A stretch of DNA of 64,000 nucleotides from Candidatus Ozemobacteraceae bacterium (GCA_965140445.1 OZ223236.1:1664001-1728000); one strand, 5' to 3'. Shown: positions 49,176 through 58,327, counted from the stretch's first letter. Notes: generated by a model not told the origin, from the sequence alone. Program-made: numbers and translations.

Positions 49176-50681
49176 TTATAGTCTCCCAGGCAAAATCGCT
49201 TCAGCGGGAGGGTTCTCGGCAGGATTAATTCCCTCTATTTCAATTCGGTTAGATAGTAACTCTTTTAACCTTGGGTTTCTCGAAATTTTGCCAAGATATA
49301 TTGCAGAATGTCCTTGATAATTCTTGATAGAAGGATCGGCCCCGTTTTTTAATAAGAGAAAGGCGATTTCGTCGTTCCCAGCTTTTATAGCGACATGTAA
49401 AGGCGTATCTCCGCGAATATTTGGCTCAAGAACGTTAACACCATTTTTAAGCAAGGCCTCAATGATTGCAATATTGCCAACTTTTATTGCTTCATCAATA
49501 ATTTTTTCATCTTTTGAGTTTTTTGCAAAAATATTTGCGCCTTTTTGGAGCATCAAAGCCGCAGCTTTGAATAGCCTATTTCTTATTGCCAGGTGCAAAG
49601 GGGTATCACCCATGAAATTTGGCTGGTTACAATCTGCTCCCTTATTAAGTAATTTAATTGCTTTTAACTCATGGCTCCGGTTAGATAAAAGTCTTAAAAG
49701 AGGGGTTTGGCTACTTTTATCTAAATTGTTAATGTCGATATTCGATTCTAGAACTTCATCAAAATGATGAAAAAGCTTTTTGGCAATTAGAAAACTTAGA
49801 GCGTTTCTTCCCAAATTATCTAATTGATTTATTTCATTTGGATCTTGAAGCATATCTCCTATCGGTTCTAAGGTCTGCTGGACTATTTTTCTGTGCAGAG
49901 GTGGTAGAAAAGAAGCTTCATCCTGAAATGGAGACTCTGCGGGAGAAAATCTTCTTCTAGTAGTAGTTTGTTTTGTTCCAAGGTAATTTGCTATCCACGG
50001 AAATTTATTAAATGCAAGATCTCCAGCAGTCCACCCATAGCTCATTGTTTGATTTACATCTGCTCCATTTTCTTTTAGAAAAATTACCGCTTCTTTGCTC
50101 CCACTTCTTGCAGCATAGTGAAGTGGAGAATATCCTCCAACTCCAGTTTGATTTATCTTTACACCTGATTGGAGAGTTTTTTTCATAACCTCAACATAGT
50201 TACCTTTTGCAGCATAGTGCAGAGTGGAGTAACCATGCTTATCGGAAATATTAAGAATTGGAGACTCTTTTAGAATTCTTTCTACAACGGCCTGTTGCCG
50301 GTTTTCCAAAGCAAGAAATAGTGGAGTTCGCTGATAATAATCTCTGCTATTGACATTTGCTCCATGTTCCAGGAGATAGTTTACTGAAGCTACGTTCCCT
50401 TCAAGGGCAGCGACGTGAAGAGGGGAGAATTGTTTTTTTCCAGATCGCTTATTAACATCTACACCTCGTTCCAGAAGATTTTTTATATATTGAACGTTAT
50501 CCTCTGCGGCGGCATTGTTTAAACTGCTGCCATAGTTTTTTTGGATCGAAGTAGTGCGTGGTTTTTGCGGTGAATTAGCTTTTTTGGATGAATCAACAAA
50601 CTCTGAGTATGAGTAGAAAGCTAATAGCATTAGATAAAAAATAAATTTTGGAAATTCGCTGGTTTTATTGCTTTTTGCCAT
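49176..50681 (-). CDS. Ankyrin-repeat protein with N-terminal membrane anchor
   Basis: Multiple (T/S)PLHxA repeats in two blocks. Hydrophobic FIFYLMLLAFYSY near the N-terminus. Stop is 6 nt before the first cyclase. Confidence 0.9.
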   Translation of the reverse strand: MAKSNKTSEFPKFIFYLMLLAFYSYSEFVDSSKKANSPQKPRTTSIQKNYGSSLNNAAAEDNVQYIKNLLERGVDVNKRSGKKQFSPLHVAALEGNVASVNYLLEHGANVNSRDYYQRTPLFLALENRQQAVVERILKESPILNISDKHGYSTLHYAAKGNYVEVMKKTLQSGVKINQTGVGGYSPLHYAARSGSKEAVIFLKENGADVNQTMSYGWTAGDLAFNKFPWIANYLGTKQTTTRRRFSPAESPFQDEASFLPPLHRKIVQQTLEPIGDMLQDPNEINQLDNLGRNALSFLIAKKLFHHFDEVLESNIDINNLDKSSQTPLLRLLSNRSHELKAIKLLNKGADCNQPNFMGDTPLHLAIRNRLFKAAALMLQKGANIFAKNSKDEKIIDEAIKVGNIAIIEALLKNGVNVLEPNIRGDTPLHVAIKAGNDEIAFLLLKNGADPSIKNYQGHSAIYLGKISRNPRLKELLSNRIEIEGINPAENPPAEAILPGRL

Positions 50682-50876
50682 AGTGTTACCTGATTTTTTT
50701 CGATTCTAGCATTTTTGATTGATTTTATGAAGAAGTAGTTATTGATGAGCATTATGATTTAAAACTTAAAAAGTTGTGTCTTGTCTCCTTACTTTAAACA
50801 AATTTGACGCAAAATGGCCTTGCAAAAGCTTTATGATATAAACTAATATCAACAGCATAAAAATGATTAGAAGGGA

Positions 50877-51956
50877 ATGAAGTTTATGAGCCAATTTAGA
50901 GAAGATCTTCTCGCTGCAGGTCCTCCTGCTGATATTACAGTTCCTCGAAAAAAGAACATGATGTGTTTGAATGAAAGCACTCTTGATCCATTTAAAGCCA
51001 TAGATGAAGCTTTTTTTCAAAACTTGCAGCATGTTAACTTAAATAGATACTTCAATGATGTTACTTCAGAGCTTAAGACTGAGTTGCTAAATTATATTGG
51101 GAATGATGTCGGTCGGGACCAGATTTTATGGGGGAATGGTGCCGATGATATGCTTTATGCTGTCTTTTTATCTGTAAGAGAAAACAATGATGCGTATGCG
51201 CTTTCTCTTGCTCCATCCTATTTTGATTATTCAACTTACAGCAGGGCAGTTGGGCTTGGAATAAAGTTTCAAGATTTTAATGCAGATTTTAGTTTTGATG
51301 AAAATTTGTTCATCGAGGCATTAAAAGATAAGGATTGCCGATTAGGTATTTTGTGTAATCCCAATAACCCTACCGGGCATTTGTTACCAGACGAGAAAAT
51401 ATTGAAAGTAATCGAAAGCACGGATAAACCAATTCTGGTTGACGAAACTTACTTTGAGTTTTCTGGTAAAACTTTTATAGATAGAGTGAAGGATTTTGAT
51501 AATTTAATTATTGTCAGGTCTTTTTCCAAATCATTTTCAGCAGCTGGATTGAGATTTGGTTATCTTGTTTCTCAGGCTCAGAATGTTGAAGAAATAAAAA
51601 AAGTTCAGACAATCTTTAATTGCAGCATTCTGATTCAAACCTTTGTTTTGACCATGTTGCAGAATAAACATGCTTTTCTTGCTCACACAAATAATGTGCT
51701 AAAACTTAAAAATAAGCTTTTTGAACAAATGAGCGAGATTGAAGAGATTACTGTATATAATTCAAGCACCAACTTTTTGACCTTTACCGTGGGAGAAAAA
51801 TCTGCGCAATTGTTCGAATTTTTAAAAAACAACGAAATTGCAATTAGAGACGTTGGAGCACACAAAGTTCTTAATAATCATTTAAGAGTGAGTGTTGGTT
51901 CAAAAGAGCAGAATGACTTTTTTGTTGAAAAAATTAAGGAATTTTTAAAAGGATAG
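50877..51956 (+). CDS. hisC: Histidinol-phosphate aminotransferase
   Basis: LNE, GNGADD, CNPNNPTG, VDETYFEF and RSFSKSFSAAGLRFG (PLP lysine). Start may be 50886. Confidence 0.75.
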   Translation: MKFMSQFREDLLAAGPPADITVPRKKNMMCLNESTLDPFKAIDEAFFQNLQHVNLNRYFNDVTSELKTELLNYIGNDVGRDQILWGNGADDMLYAVFLSVRENNDAYALSLAPSYFDYSTYSRAVGLGIKFQDFNADFSFDENLFIEALKDKDCRLGILCNPNNPTGHLLPDEKILKVIESTDKPILVDETYFEFSGKTFIDRVKDFDNLIIVRSFSKSFSAAGLRFGYLVSQAQNVEEIKKVQTIFNCSILIQTFVLTMLQNKHAFLAHTNNVLKLKNKLFEQMSEIEEITVYNSSTNFLTFTVGEKSAQLFEFLKNNEIAIRDVGAHKVLNNHLRVSVGSKEQNDFFVEKIKEFLKG

Positions 51957-51973
51957 TTTCTGGGAAATTTATT

Positions 51974-53092
51974 TTGCACGAAGTTGGAATAAACAACAGC
52001 AGTATCTTGGTTGGTCTATTAATAATGGTTTCAGGGATTTTTTCTCTGGAACTGGGAATTTCTGTCGCCATTTTTGAAATTCTGGCGGGGGTTTTCGCCG
52101 GAAATTTCCTGGATATTGGAAATCAGCCATGGATTGATTTCCACGCACAGTTTGGGCTTTTGGGCTTAATGTTTTTTGCTGGGTTTGAAACTGATTTTCC
52201 TATGCTCAAAAAAAATTGGAAAAGCAGTGCAAAAATTGGTTTGTGGTCATTCTTTTTACCTCTGGGAGCATTGTTTTTTTCCTGTAGAATAATCTTTGGT
52301 TTTAATGAATTGACCTCAGTGTTGGTCGCAATAGGCCTTTCGACAACTTCTCTGGCTTTAGTGTATTCAGTTTTAAAGGAAAAGCATGCTATCAGAAGTC
52401 GATCTGCTCAGGGATTGCTAAGTGCTGCAATGATTGTTGACGTAATCAGTATGGTTTCTTTAATGATCTTGTTTCAAGGGATCAGCTTTGCCACTGTTGT
52501 TGTAATTGTTATGATTCCTCTGACTAAGCTTGTTGTTCCTCATGTCGGGCACTGGGTCTTCAGTCGATATCGTGGGAATCAAATTGAATTCAGGATTAGA
52601 TTTATTCTTTTAACCTTATTAAGCCTTGTTCTGGTGTCCAATTCCTCAGAAATTCATGTTGCTATACTTGCTTTTATAGCAGGCTTTTTCTTCTCTGAGG
52701 TATTGTCACATCATGCAATAATTGAAGAGAAATTGAAATCAATCGTGTTTGGTCTCATGGCTCCCCTGTTTTTCTTTAAGGCGGGTTTGTCTGTGAAATT
52801 TGAACTAATTGATAAGCAAGCCATTATTTACACGCTGGTGCTGGGGACAATTGCTTTCCTTGCCAAATTTTTGGGAACCTATGTGAGTATTGTAAAGACT
52901 TTTAAGCCCTCTATAGCAAAATTTTCTGGTTTGATTTTTAATTTCAGGCTTAGCTTTGGAATTGTTGTAGCAACATTTGGACTTGAAAAAGGGATGATTT
53001 CAGGACAGGTTTATTTTGCAATCGTTGCTGTTATTGTTTTGACTTCTGTTGTTTCGTCGATACTTCTGAAAACCATTCCGCATGAGCTATAA
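51974..53092 (+). CDS. Cation:proton antiporter (CPA2 family)
   Basis: Highly hydrophobic; LMFFAGFETD, STTSLALV, AAMIVD, PLFFFKAGL. Confidence 0.85.
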   Translation: MHEVGINNSSILVGLLIMVSGIFSLELGISVAIFEILAGVFAGNFLDIGNQPWIDFHAQFGLLGLMFFAGFETDFPMLKKNWKSSAKIGLWSFFLPLGALFFSCRIIFGFNELTSVLVAIGLSTTSLALVYSVLKEKHAIRSRSAQGLLSAAMIVDVISMVSLMILFQGISFATVVVIVMIPLTKLVVPHVGHWVFSRYRGNQIEFRIRFILLTLLSLVLVSNSSEIHVAILAFIAGFFFSEVLSHHAIIEEKLKSIVFGLMAPLFFFKAGLSVKFELIDKQAIIYTLVLGTIAFLAKFLGTYVSIVKTFKPSIAKFSGLIFNFRLSFGIVVATFGLEKGMISGQVYFAIVAVIVLTSVVSSILLKTIPHEL

Positions 53093-53100
53093 ACTTAAAC

Positions 53101-53142
53101 AAAAAAAGCCCCGGGCAAATCCTGCCCAGGGCTTTTTTTTTA
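53101..53142. terminator. Bidirectional intrinsic terminator
   Basis: AAAAAAAGCCCCGGGCA-AATCC-TGCCCAGGGCTTTTTTTT between convergent genes. Confidence 0.85.
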
Positions 53143-53157
53143 TTATAAGTTTAAAAA

Positions 53158-54759
53158 TTATTCTCTTCTAAAAGAGATTAACGGGCGGCTTAAAAGTGTT
53201 AAGGGATTGCCTGATGACCCAGGTCTTGAATTGTTTACAGCTTGTACGGGAGAGCTTTTTTCTTTTCCAAGTCGGAATTTTTCTACTTCAGACACATTAT
53301 CATCGCTCTTACGTCGTTTGGGCTTGTGAGACATGCAACCTACTGATTCTACTTTTATCATATTGGTTCCGCCGCTTCTGCCTACTGGAATTCCTGCAAC
53401 TAATACTACAGTGTCCCCATCTTTAATCATTCCGGTTTCTTTAACCAGCTTAACAGATTGAGTATAAAGCTCTTCGATGCTTTTAAATCTATGACCCATA
53501 ACTGGTGTTATTCCCCAGTTTATACTTAGTTGATTGTAAAGCTTTTCATTGCTTACTACAGCAGCTATTGGGATGCTTGGCCGCAGCTTAGATAAGGCCT
53601 GAGCGGTTCTTCCTGACTCTGTTACCGTTATAATAGCTGTTGCTCCAACGTTATAAGCTGTAGTAATTGCTGCATTTGTAACCGCAGAGGTTCTATCCAA
53701 AAATTCTTCGCAAGAAGAAAAGGCTGAATAAATCCGCTTGTAATCAATAGCGTGCTCAGTGTTCTCAGAAACCCTGTTCATAAGCTTTACACATTCAACT
53801 GGATATTTTCCAATCGAAGTTTCACCTGAGAGCATTATTGCGGAAGTAAAATCATATATTGCATTTGCAACATCGGATACTTCCGCTCTTGTTGGCCTGG
53901 GAGCATCTATCATGGTGTGTAGCATTTGAGTCGCAGTAATTACAGGTTTTCCGGCCATGTAGCATCTTCTAATAATTTCTTTTTGTATTATTGGGACTTC
54001 TTCTGGGAGAAGTTCTACTCCAAGGTCACCTCTGGCAACCATAACACCGTCAGCAACAGACAAAATTTCATCAAAATTAAGAAGCGCCGCATGATTTTCT
54101 ATTTTTGCTATGACCTTTATTTCAGGCTTTCCTTCAATATCTAGAATTGCTTTGACTCTTCTTATTGTGTCTTCACTTTCTGTAAAGGAAACCGCGATAA
54201 AATCAAAGTCATTTGCTGCCGCAAATCTAATGTCTTCTTTATCCTTAGGAGTTGGATTTGGAAGGTTTAATTCAAGTCGAGGAACATTTACGCCACGTCT
54301 TGATTTTATTTTCCCACTGTTTTTTATTGTACAGTTAATTGTTTTGGAATCAGGAATACTGTCGACCTTTAGCGTTATTAAACCATCATCTAATAGTATA
54401 AGAGAGTCTTTAGCTAAAATTTCAGGAAGTCTTTCGTAGGATATAGAAAGCAATTTATTGCTTCCTGTAACTTTTTCTGTGGTTAAAGTGATTTGCTCTC
54501 CATCAATAAGTTCAGCATAATCACCTTCGACTTCTCCAGTTCTAATTTCAGGACCTTTTGTGTCCAGCATTAGAGCTACCGGTTTTTTCATTTCTGCCCG
54601 AAGCTTTTTAACTCTTTCAACTCTTGTTCCATGTTCTTCAAAATCGCCATGAGAAAAATTGAGCCTGGCAACGTTCATTCCGGAGTTTATAAGGTCTTTA
54701 AGTACATCTTCTTCTTCTGCTGAGGGGCCTAGTGTAACTAAAATTTTTGTTTTACGCAT
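53158..54759 (-). CDS. pyk: Pyruvate kinase with C-terminal extension
   Basis: MRKTKILVTLGP, RLNFSHG, DTKGPEIR, IAKIE, MVARGDLG, TATQML, MLSGET. Alternative start TTG 54789. Confidence 0.95.
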   Translation of the reverse strand: MRKTKILVTLGPSAEEEDVLKDLINSGMNVARLNFSHGDFEEHGTRVERVKKLRAEMKKPVALMLDTKGPEIRTGEVEGDYAELIDGEQITLTTEKVTGSNKLLSISYERLPEILAKDSLILLDDGLITLKVDSIPDSKTINCTIKNSGKIKSRRGVNVPRLELNLPNPTPKDKEDIRFAAANDFDFIAVSFTESEDTIRRVKAILDIEGKPEIKVIAKIENHAALLNFDEILSVADGVMVARGDLGVELLPEEVPIIQKEIIRRCYMAGKPVITATQMLHTMIDAPRPTRAEVSDVANAIYDFTSAIMLSGETSIGKYPVECVKLMNRVSENTEHAIDYKRIYSAFSSCEEFLDRTSAVTNAAITTAYNVGATAIITVTESGRTAQALSKLRPSIPIAAVVSNEKLYNQLSINWGITPVMGHRFKSIEELYTQSVKLVKETGMIKDGDTVVLVAGIPVGRSGGTNMIKVESVGCMSHKPKRRKSDDNVSEVEKFRLGKEKSSPVQAVNNSRPGSSGNPLTLLSRPLISFRRE

Positions 54760-54957
54760 AATATTTGCTTTAATTGCGCTCCTTTCCAATGAATGCAGAT
54801 TCCGTAAAGCAATAATTATGCCATTGTGAGAGATTGGGCCGTAATCTAATCTATTAAAGAGATTGGTTAAAATATAATGAGAGTGAAATAGCTTAAATAA
54901 AAAGTTGTTTCACCTGAAGTGTTAAAAAAATATACAGAATGGGCGATTATTGGTCAG

Positions 54958-55818
54958 TCAGGAGAACCTTTGCTTTTCAATCATCTTTAATAGATTTCTC
55001 CAACCGTTTAACTGCTCTTCAGAGATTGATATTGTTTTCCCCAGGCTTTTTCGATGTTCGACGGCGCGCAACCACTTTCTGGTTTCTCTTGGGAGCTGAA
55101 CTTTTTCGTTTACGATTAGACCTGTTATAAGCATTCTTACATTCTGTCTTACAATTTTGGCCTTTTTGGGATTAAGTTGATAATCAAAATTTTTAAGAAT
55201 TTTTCCTACCTGAGATAGTATGAATCTAGCTTTTTTGGGGGAATCAATTTCGGAGGAAAATGATAAATCGTCGGCATATCTTGTGTAAGAAAATCCATGT
55301 TGTTTTCCCAGCCCACTTAAGCGGGCATCCATGCGAAAATTTATAAGATTACTTAAACGAGGGCTTGTTGGAGCGCCTTGAGGTAAAAATCCGTTCAGTG
55401 TGCAAATTTCTGTAAGAAGCCCGGCGCATTCGTTGTTCCAGCCTATGGTTTTAAAATAATTGGAAACTCTGTCTGAGGTGGATGAGCTAAAAAAGTCCTT
55501 TATATCTAGTTTTACAATAATAGCTTTTTTTACATGCTCAGAGGCATTTGTAACAATTGATTCTGATTTTTCAAACCCTTTTACGCAATCATGAGCCTTG
55601 AGATTAGACAGAATGTTTCGATTAATTAGCTTTTGAATCGCTTTTAATTTTTCATTTGGGGCAAAAAGTGTTCTGTTCGACCCATCTCTTTTTCGTATCT
55701 GAAATTCCTTGTAGGAAAGTTCCAGATCAATTAGTTGATTTTCATGAATTTGAAGGACTTCCAGTAAGTTTTCTTTTGTACGTTTGCTTTTTCCGAAAAT
55801 CCAACTCAAAAGTCCCAT
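54958..55818 (-). CDS. Retron-type reverse transcriptase
   Basis: KRDGSNR, region X NASEH (NAxxH), LDIKDFF, LPQGAPTSP, YTRYADD and region Y ITGL (VTG-like). 286 aa, no maturase/endonuclease domain and no fused effector. Confidence 0.9.
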   Translation of the reverse strand: MGLLSWIFGKSKRTKENLLEVLQIHENQLIDLELSYKEFQIRKRDGSNRTLFAPNEKLKAIQKLINRNILSNLKAHDCVKGFEKSESIVTNASEHVKKAIIVKLDIKDFFSSSTSDRVSNYFKTIGWNNECAGLLTEICTLNGFLPQGAPTSPRLSNLINFRMDARLSGLGKQHGFSYTRYADDLSFSSEIDSPKKARFILSQVGKILKNFDYQLNPKKAKIVRQNVRMLITGLIVNEKVQLPRETRKWLRAVEHRKSLGKTISISEEQLNGWRNLLKMIEKQRFS

Positions 55819-55834
55819 AAAAGGATTCCTTACC

Positions 55835-55973
55835 TTACATAAAGTGTAAAGGCGCCGGTTGGCGCCTTTGCCTTGCCAAGAATGCAGATTCTTGCACCTG
55901 CTTAAAAGGAGACTCTAAAAAGAGCCCGGTCGACGAAGCATCGACCTGTGCATTGAAGCACCGCCAAGGCAAA
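55835..55973 (-). ncRNA. Putative retron msr-msd ncRNA
   Basis: GC-rich intergenic region directly upstream of the RT. 9-bp inverted repeat TTTGCCTTG/CAAGGCAAA (55867-55875 / 55965-55973) with an unpaired G next to it. Internal hairpins at 55948-55961, 55928-55946, 55910-55927 and 55877-55894; further hairpins at 55848-55869 and 55835-55849. Confidence 0.75.
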
Positions 55974-55976
55974 TAA

Positions 55977-56006
55977 ATTTTAGCACCAGTTAAAACTTAT
56001 GGTCAA
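55977..56006 (-). promoter_or_regulatory. Sigma70-type promoter for the retron
   Basis: Minus strand TTGACC-N18-TAAAAT with extended -10 TG. Predicted start ~55970, at the 5' inverted repeat. Confidence 0.65.
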
Positions 56007-56007
56007 G

Positions 56008-56658
56008 TTAGTTAAGAAAATAATACTGCAATAGCCAGTGAATCATTCCAACTATCATGCCGAGAACTCCACCAAGCCTTATTATCATTTTCATTTCTTT
56101 GTCAGCAATTCTGTTTACAATATCTTCCAATTTGCATAGATCCATTATGCTAACTTTTTCAGCTACAATTTCTTTTACGGAAATCTTTTCTGAAGCCTTA
56201 TGAGCAGCCTTGTCTAGAAGACCTGGAACCTGCTTCTTTATAGTTTTGGCCATTTCTTTTTCAATTTTATTCATAAGTGGAACAACAATTGTATCTGGAT
56301 TAATGCTTACAAAAGGGATTTTGCTCACAAAACTTTTTACCGTTTCTTTGGCTTTTACTTCCATTTCAAGTCTGTTTTGACGCATTTGATCGTCAATTAT
56401 AGGGTCTATGTCCTCTGGAGACACTTTTTGAAGCATGTCGTCTATGTTAATTAGTTCGCCCTCAACAATTTTACCCAAATTTTGAGCAAGCTCTTTTTGG
56501 CGTTTCGGAAGTAGACCCTGAAATTCAAAAAATAAAAATGAAACAGGCTTTTGAGGATGGAACAGGGCCTTTATTGCCAACCAGTTAGTAATCCAACCAA
56601 TAAACCAGCCCAATGCCGCTGAAAGGCAAAAGCCTATATAAACTGAATGTTCACTCAT
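56008..56658 (-). CDS. DUF445/UPF0754 (YheB-like) membrane protein
   Basis: IGWITNWLAIKALFHP, QGLLPKRQKELA, KEMKMIIRLGGVLG. ATG 56658 follows GAGG. Confidence 0.85.
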   Translation of the reverse strand: MSEHSVYIGFCLSAALGWFIGWITNWLAIKALFHPQKPVSFLFFEFQGLLPKRQKELAQNLGKIVEGELINIDDMLQKVSPEDIDPIIDDQMRQNRLEMEVKAKETVKSFVSKIPFVSINPDTIVVPLMNKIEKEMAKTIKKQVPGLLDKAAHKASEKISVKEIVAEKVSIMDLCKLEDIVNRIADKEMKMIIRLGGVLGMIVGMIHWLLQYYFLN

Positions 56659-56743
56659 TTCTTCCTCATTGCTTGACCATTTCTTATACACAAAAGTCGT
56701 TGTTATAGTTAAAAAATTATAGCATAGATGGTTTTTAGTAGGT

Positions 56744-56770
56744 TAAAAAAACTGGTAGATTTGCCGATAC
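56744..56770 (+). promoter_or_regulatory. Sigma28/FliA-type promoter
   Basis: TAAA-N15-GCCGATAC, a near-consensus match 30 nt upstream of the small ORF. Confidence 0.6.
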
Positions 56771-56800
56771 CGCAATCGACAGAGACATGGAGGTCTTATC

Positions 56801-56950
56801 ATGAAGATATGGGTAATGATATTACTTCTGCTGTCGTGCGTGGTTGGCTTTGCGGCTAGTTATGGGTTCGCTTATCGTCAGATAAATGGAGTTTTATACT
56901 CTTCAGCGGCCCCTTTGCAGAATTCTAATTCTGCGGCTGTGAATAAATAG
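56801..56950 (+). CDS. Small (49 aa) membrane or secreted peptide, below the ORF-track cutoff
   Basis: MKIWVMILLLLSCVVGFAASYGFAYRQINGVLYSSAAPLQNSNSAAVNK*. GGAGG RBS 7 nt upstream; terminator immediately after. Confidence 0.7.
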   Translation: MKIWVMILLLLSCVVGFAASYGFAYRQINGVLYSSAAPLQNSNSAAVNK

Positions 56951-56956
56951 CACACC

Positions 56957-57003
56957 AGCAGAAAAGGTCAGAAAGAAAATTTTTCTGACCTTTTCTGCTT
57001 TTT
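56957..57003 (+). terminator. Intrinsic terminator (18-bp stem)
   Basis: AGCAGAAAAGGTCAGAAA...TTTCTGACCTTTTCTGCT followed by TTTT. Confidence 0.8.
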
Positions 57004-57017
57004 AGTAGAGTCTTTTC

Positions 57018-57047
57018 TTGACTAAAAAAATATTATGCTGATATAAT
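57018..57047 (+). promoter_or_regulatory. Sigma70-type promoter of metK
   Basis: TTGACT-N18-TATAAT with extended -10 TG. Confidence 0.7.
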
Positions 57048-57075
57048 CCACCGACAAAAATAAATGGAGGATTCC

Positions 57076-58257
57076 ATGAATAAAAACTATTTTTTTACTT
57101 CTGAGTCTGTTACAGAAGGACATCCAGATAAAGTTTCAGATCAGATTTCTGATGCAGTTCTTGATGCTATTCTGACCAATGACCCAAAAGGTAGAGTTGC
57201 TTGTGAAACAGCTATTACTACTGGTATGGCACTTATCATGGGCGAAATATCAACTACTTGTTATGTTGATGTACAATCGATTGCAAGAAAAGTAATTTCA
57301 GAAATTGGTTATACCAATGCTGATTACGGAATAGATGGCAAAAGTTGCGGAATAATGGTTGCGCTTGACGAACAGTCTCCTGATATCGCTCAGGGCGTTA
57401 ACCATGCTAAAGACGGCGATGATTCTGATGAAGATCTGAACGTTGGTGCTGGAGATCAGGGAATGATGGTAGGATTTGCCTGCACTGAAACTCCTGAACT
57501 TATGCCTGCTCCAATTTTCTATGCTCACAATGTATGTCGCAAACTTGCCGAAGTAAGAAAGCAAAAAGTTGTTAGCTATTTGAGACCAGATGGAAAAGCT
57601 CAGGTTACAGTTGAATATAAAGATTGTAAGCCTGTTAGAGTTGATTCTGTTGTTCTCTCAACTCAGCATGATCCAGATGCAACTCACGCTCAGATTACTG
57701 AAGACATGATCGAAAAAGTAATCAAACCTGTAATTCCTGCAGAACTAATTGATGCGGATACAAAATTCTATGTAAACCCAACTGGAAGATTTGTTGTTGG
57801 TGGACCACAGGGTGATGCTGGTTTGACTGGAAGAAAAATCATTGTTGATACTTACGGTGGAATGGCTGCTCATGGCGGAGGAGCTTTCTCGGGTAAAGAT
57901 CCAACCAAGGTTGATAGATCCGGTGCATACATGGGCCGCTACATCGCAAAGAATATTGTTGCTGCTGGACTTGCAGAAAGACTTGAAATTCAGATAGCTT
58001 ATGCAATCGGTGTTGCAAGACCTCTATCTGTTCATGTAAACACATTTGGAACAGGTAAAGTTGCGCCAGAAAAAATCGAAGAAATTATTAAGAAAGTATT
58101 TGATCTTAGACCTGGTGCGATCATTAAAAATTTGCATCTTAGACAGCCTATTTATAGAAAGACTGCTGCATATGGCCATTTTGGCAGAACTGATGTTCAG
58201 CTTCCTTGGGAAAAACTTGACAAGGTTGATGAAATCAAAAAAGAAGCAAACATTTAA
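57076..58257 (+). CDS. metK: S-adenosylmethionine synthetase
   Basis: [38 protein letters not shown] 57076 follows GGAGG. Confidence 0.97.
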   Translation: MNKNYFFTSESVTEGHPDKVSDQISDAVLDAILTNDPKGRVACETAITTGMALIMGEISTTCYVDVQSIARKVISEIGYTNADYGIDGKSCGIMVALDEQSPDIAQGVNHAKDGDDSDEDLNVGAGDQGMMVGFACTETPELMPAPIFYAHNVCRKLAEVRKQKVVSYLRPDGKAQVTVEYKDCKPVRVDSVVLSTQHDPDATHAQITEDMIEKVIKPVIPAELIDADTKFYVNPTGRFVVGGPQGDAGLTGRKIIVDTYGGMAAHGGGAFSGKDPTKVDRSGAYMGRYIAKNIVAAGLAERLEIQIAYAIGVARPLSVHVNTFGTGKVAPEKIEEIIKKVFDLRPGAIIKNLHLRQPIYRKTAAYGHFGRTDVQLPWEKLDKVDEIKKEANI

Positions 58258-58279
58258 TTTCCGTTTGATTTGATTTTGT

Positions 58280-58313
58280 GCCGCCCGGTTTATACCGGGC
58301 GGCTGTCTGTTTT
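58280..58313 (+). terminator. Intrinsic terminator after metK
   Basis: GCCGCCCGGT-TTAT-ACCGGGCGGC then TGTCTGTTTT. Confidence 0.7.
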
Positions 58314-58327
58314 CTGGAGACTTTTAA

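Noticed and set aside
54958..55818. RT as a diversity-generating retroelement (diversifying the cyclase ectodomains) or a group II intron
   Set aside because: It has QGAPTSP rather than the DGR-type GxxxSQ, carries retron NAxxH and ITG motifs, and has no avd gene, no TR/VR pair that I could see, and no maturase domain or intron-sized RNA.
56008..56658. DUF445 gene as the retron effector
   Set aside because: Widespread housekeeping-type family, and the retron has its own promoter downstream of the DUF445 stop. Only conserved linkage in other genomes would revive this idea.
56951..57075. SAM riboswitch upstream of metK
   Set aside because: The hairpin is the terminator of the small ORF, and the metK promoter lies downstream of it, leaving a leader of only ~20 nt.
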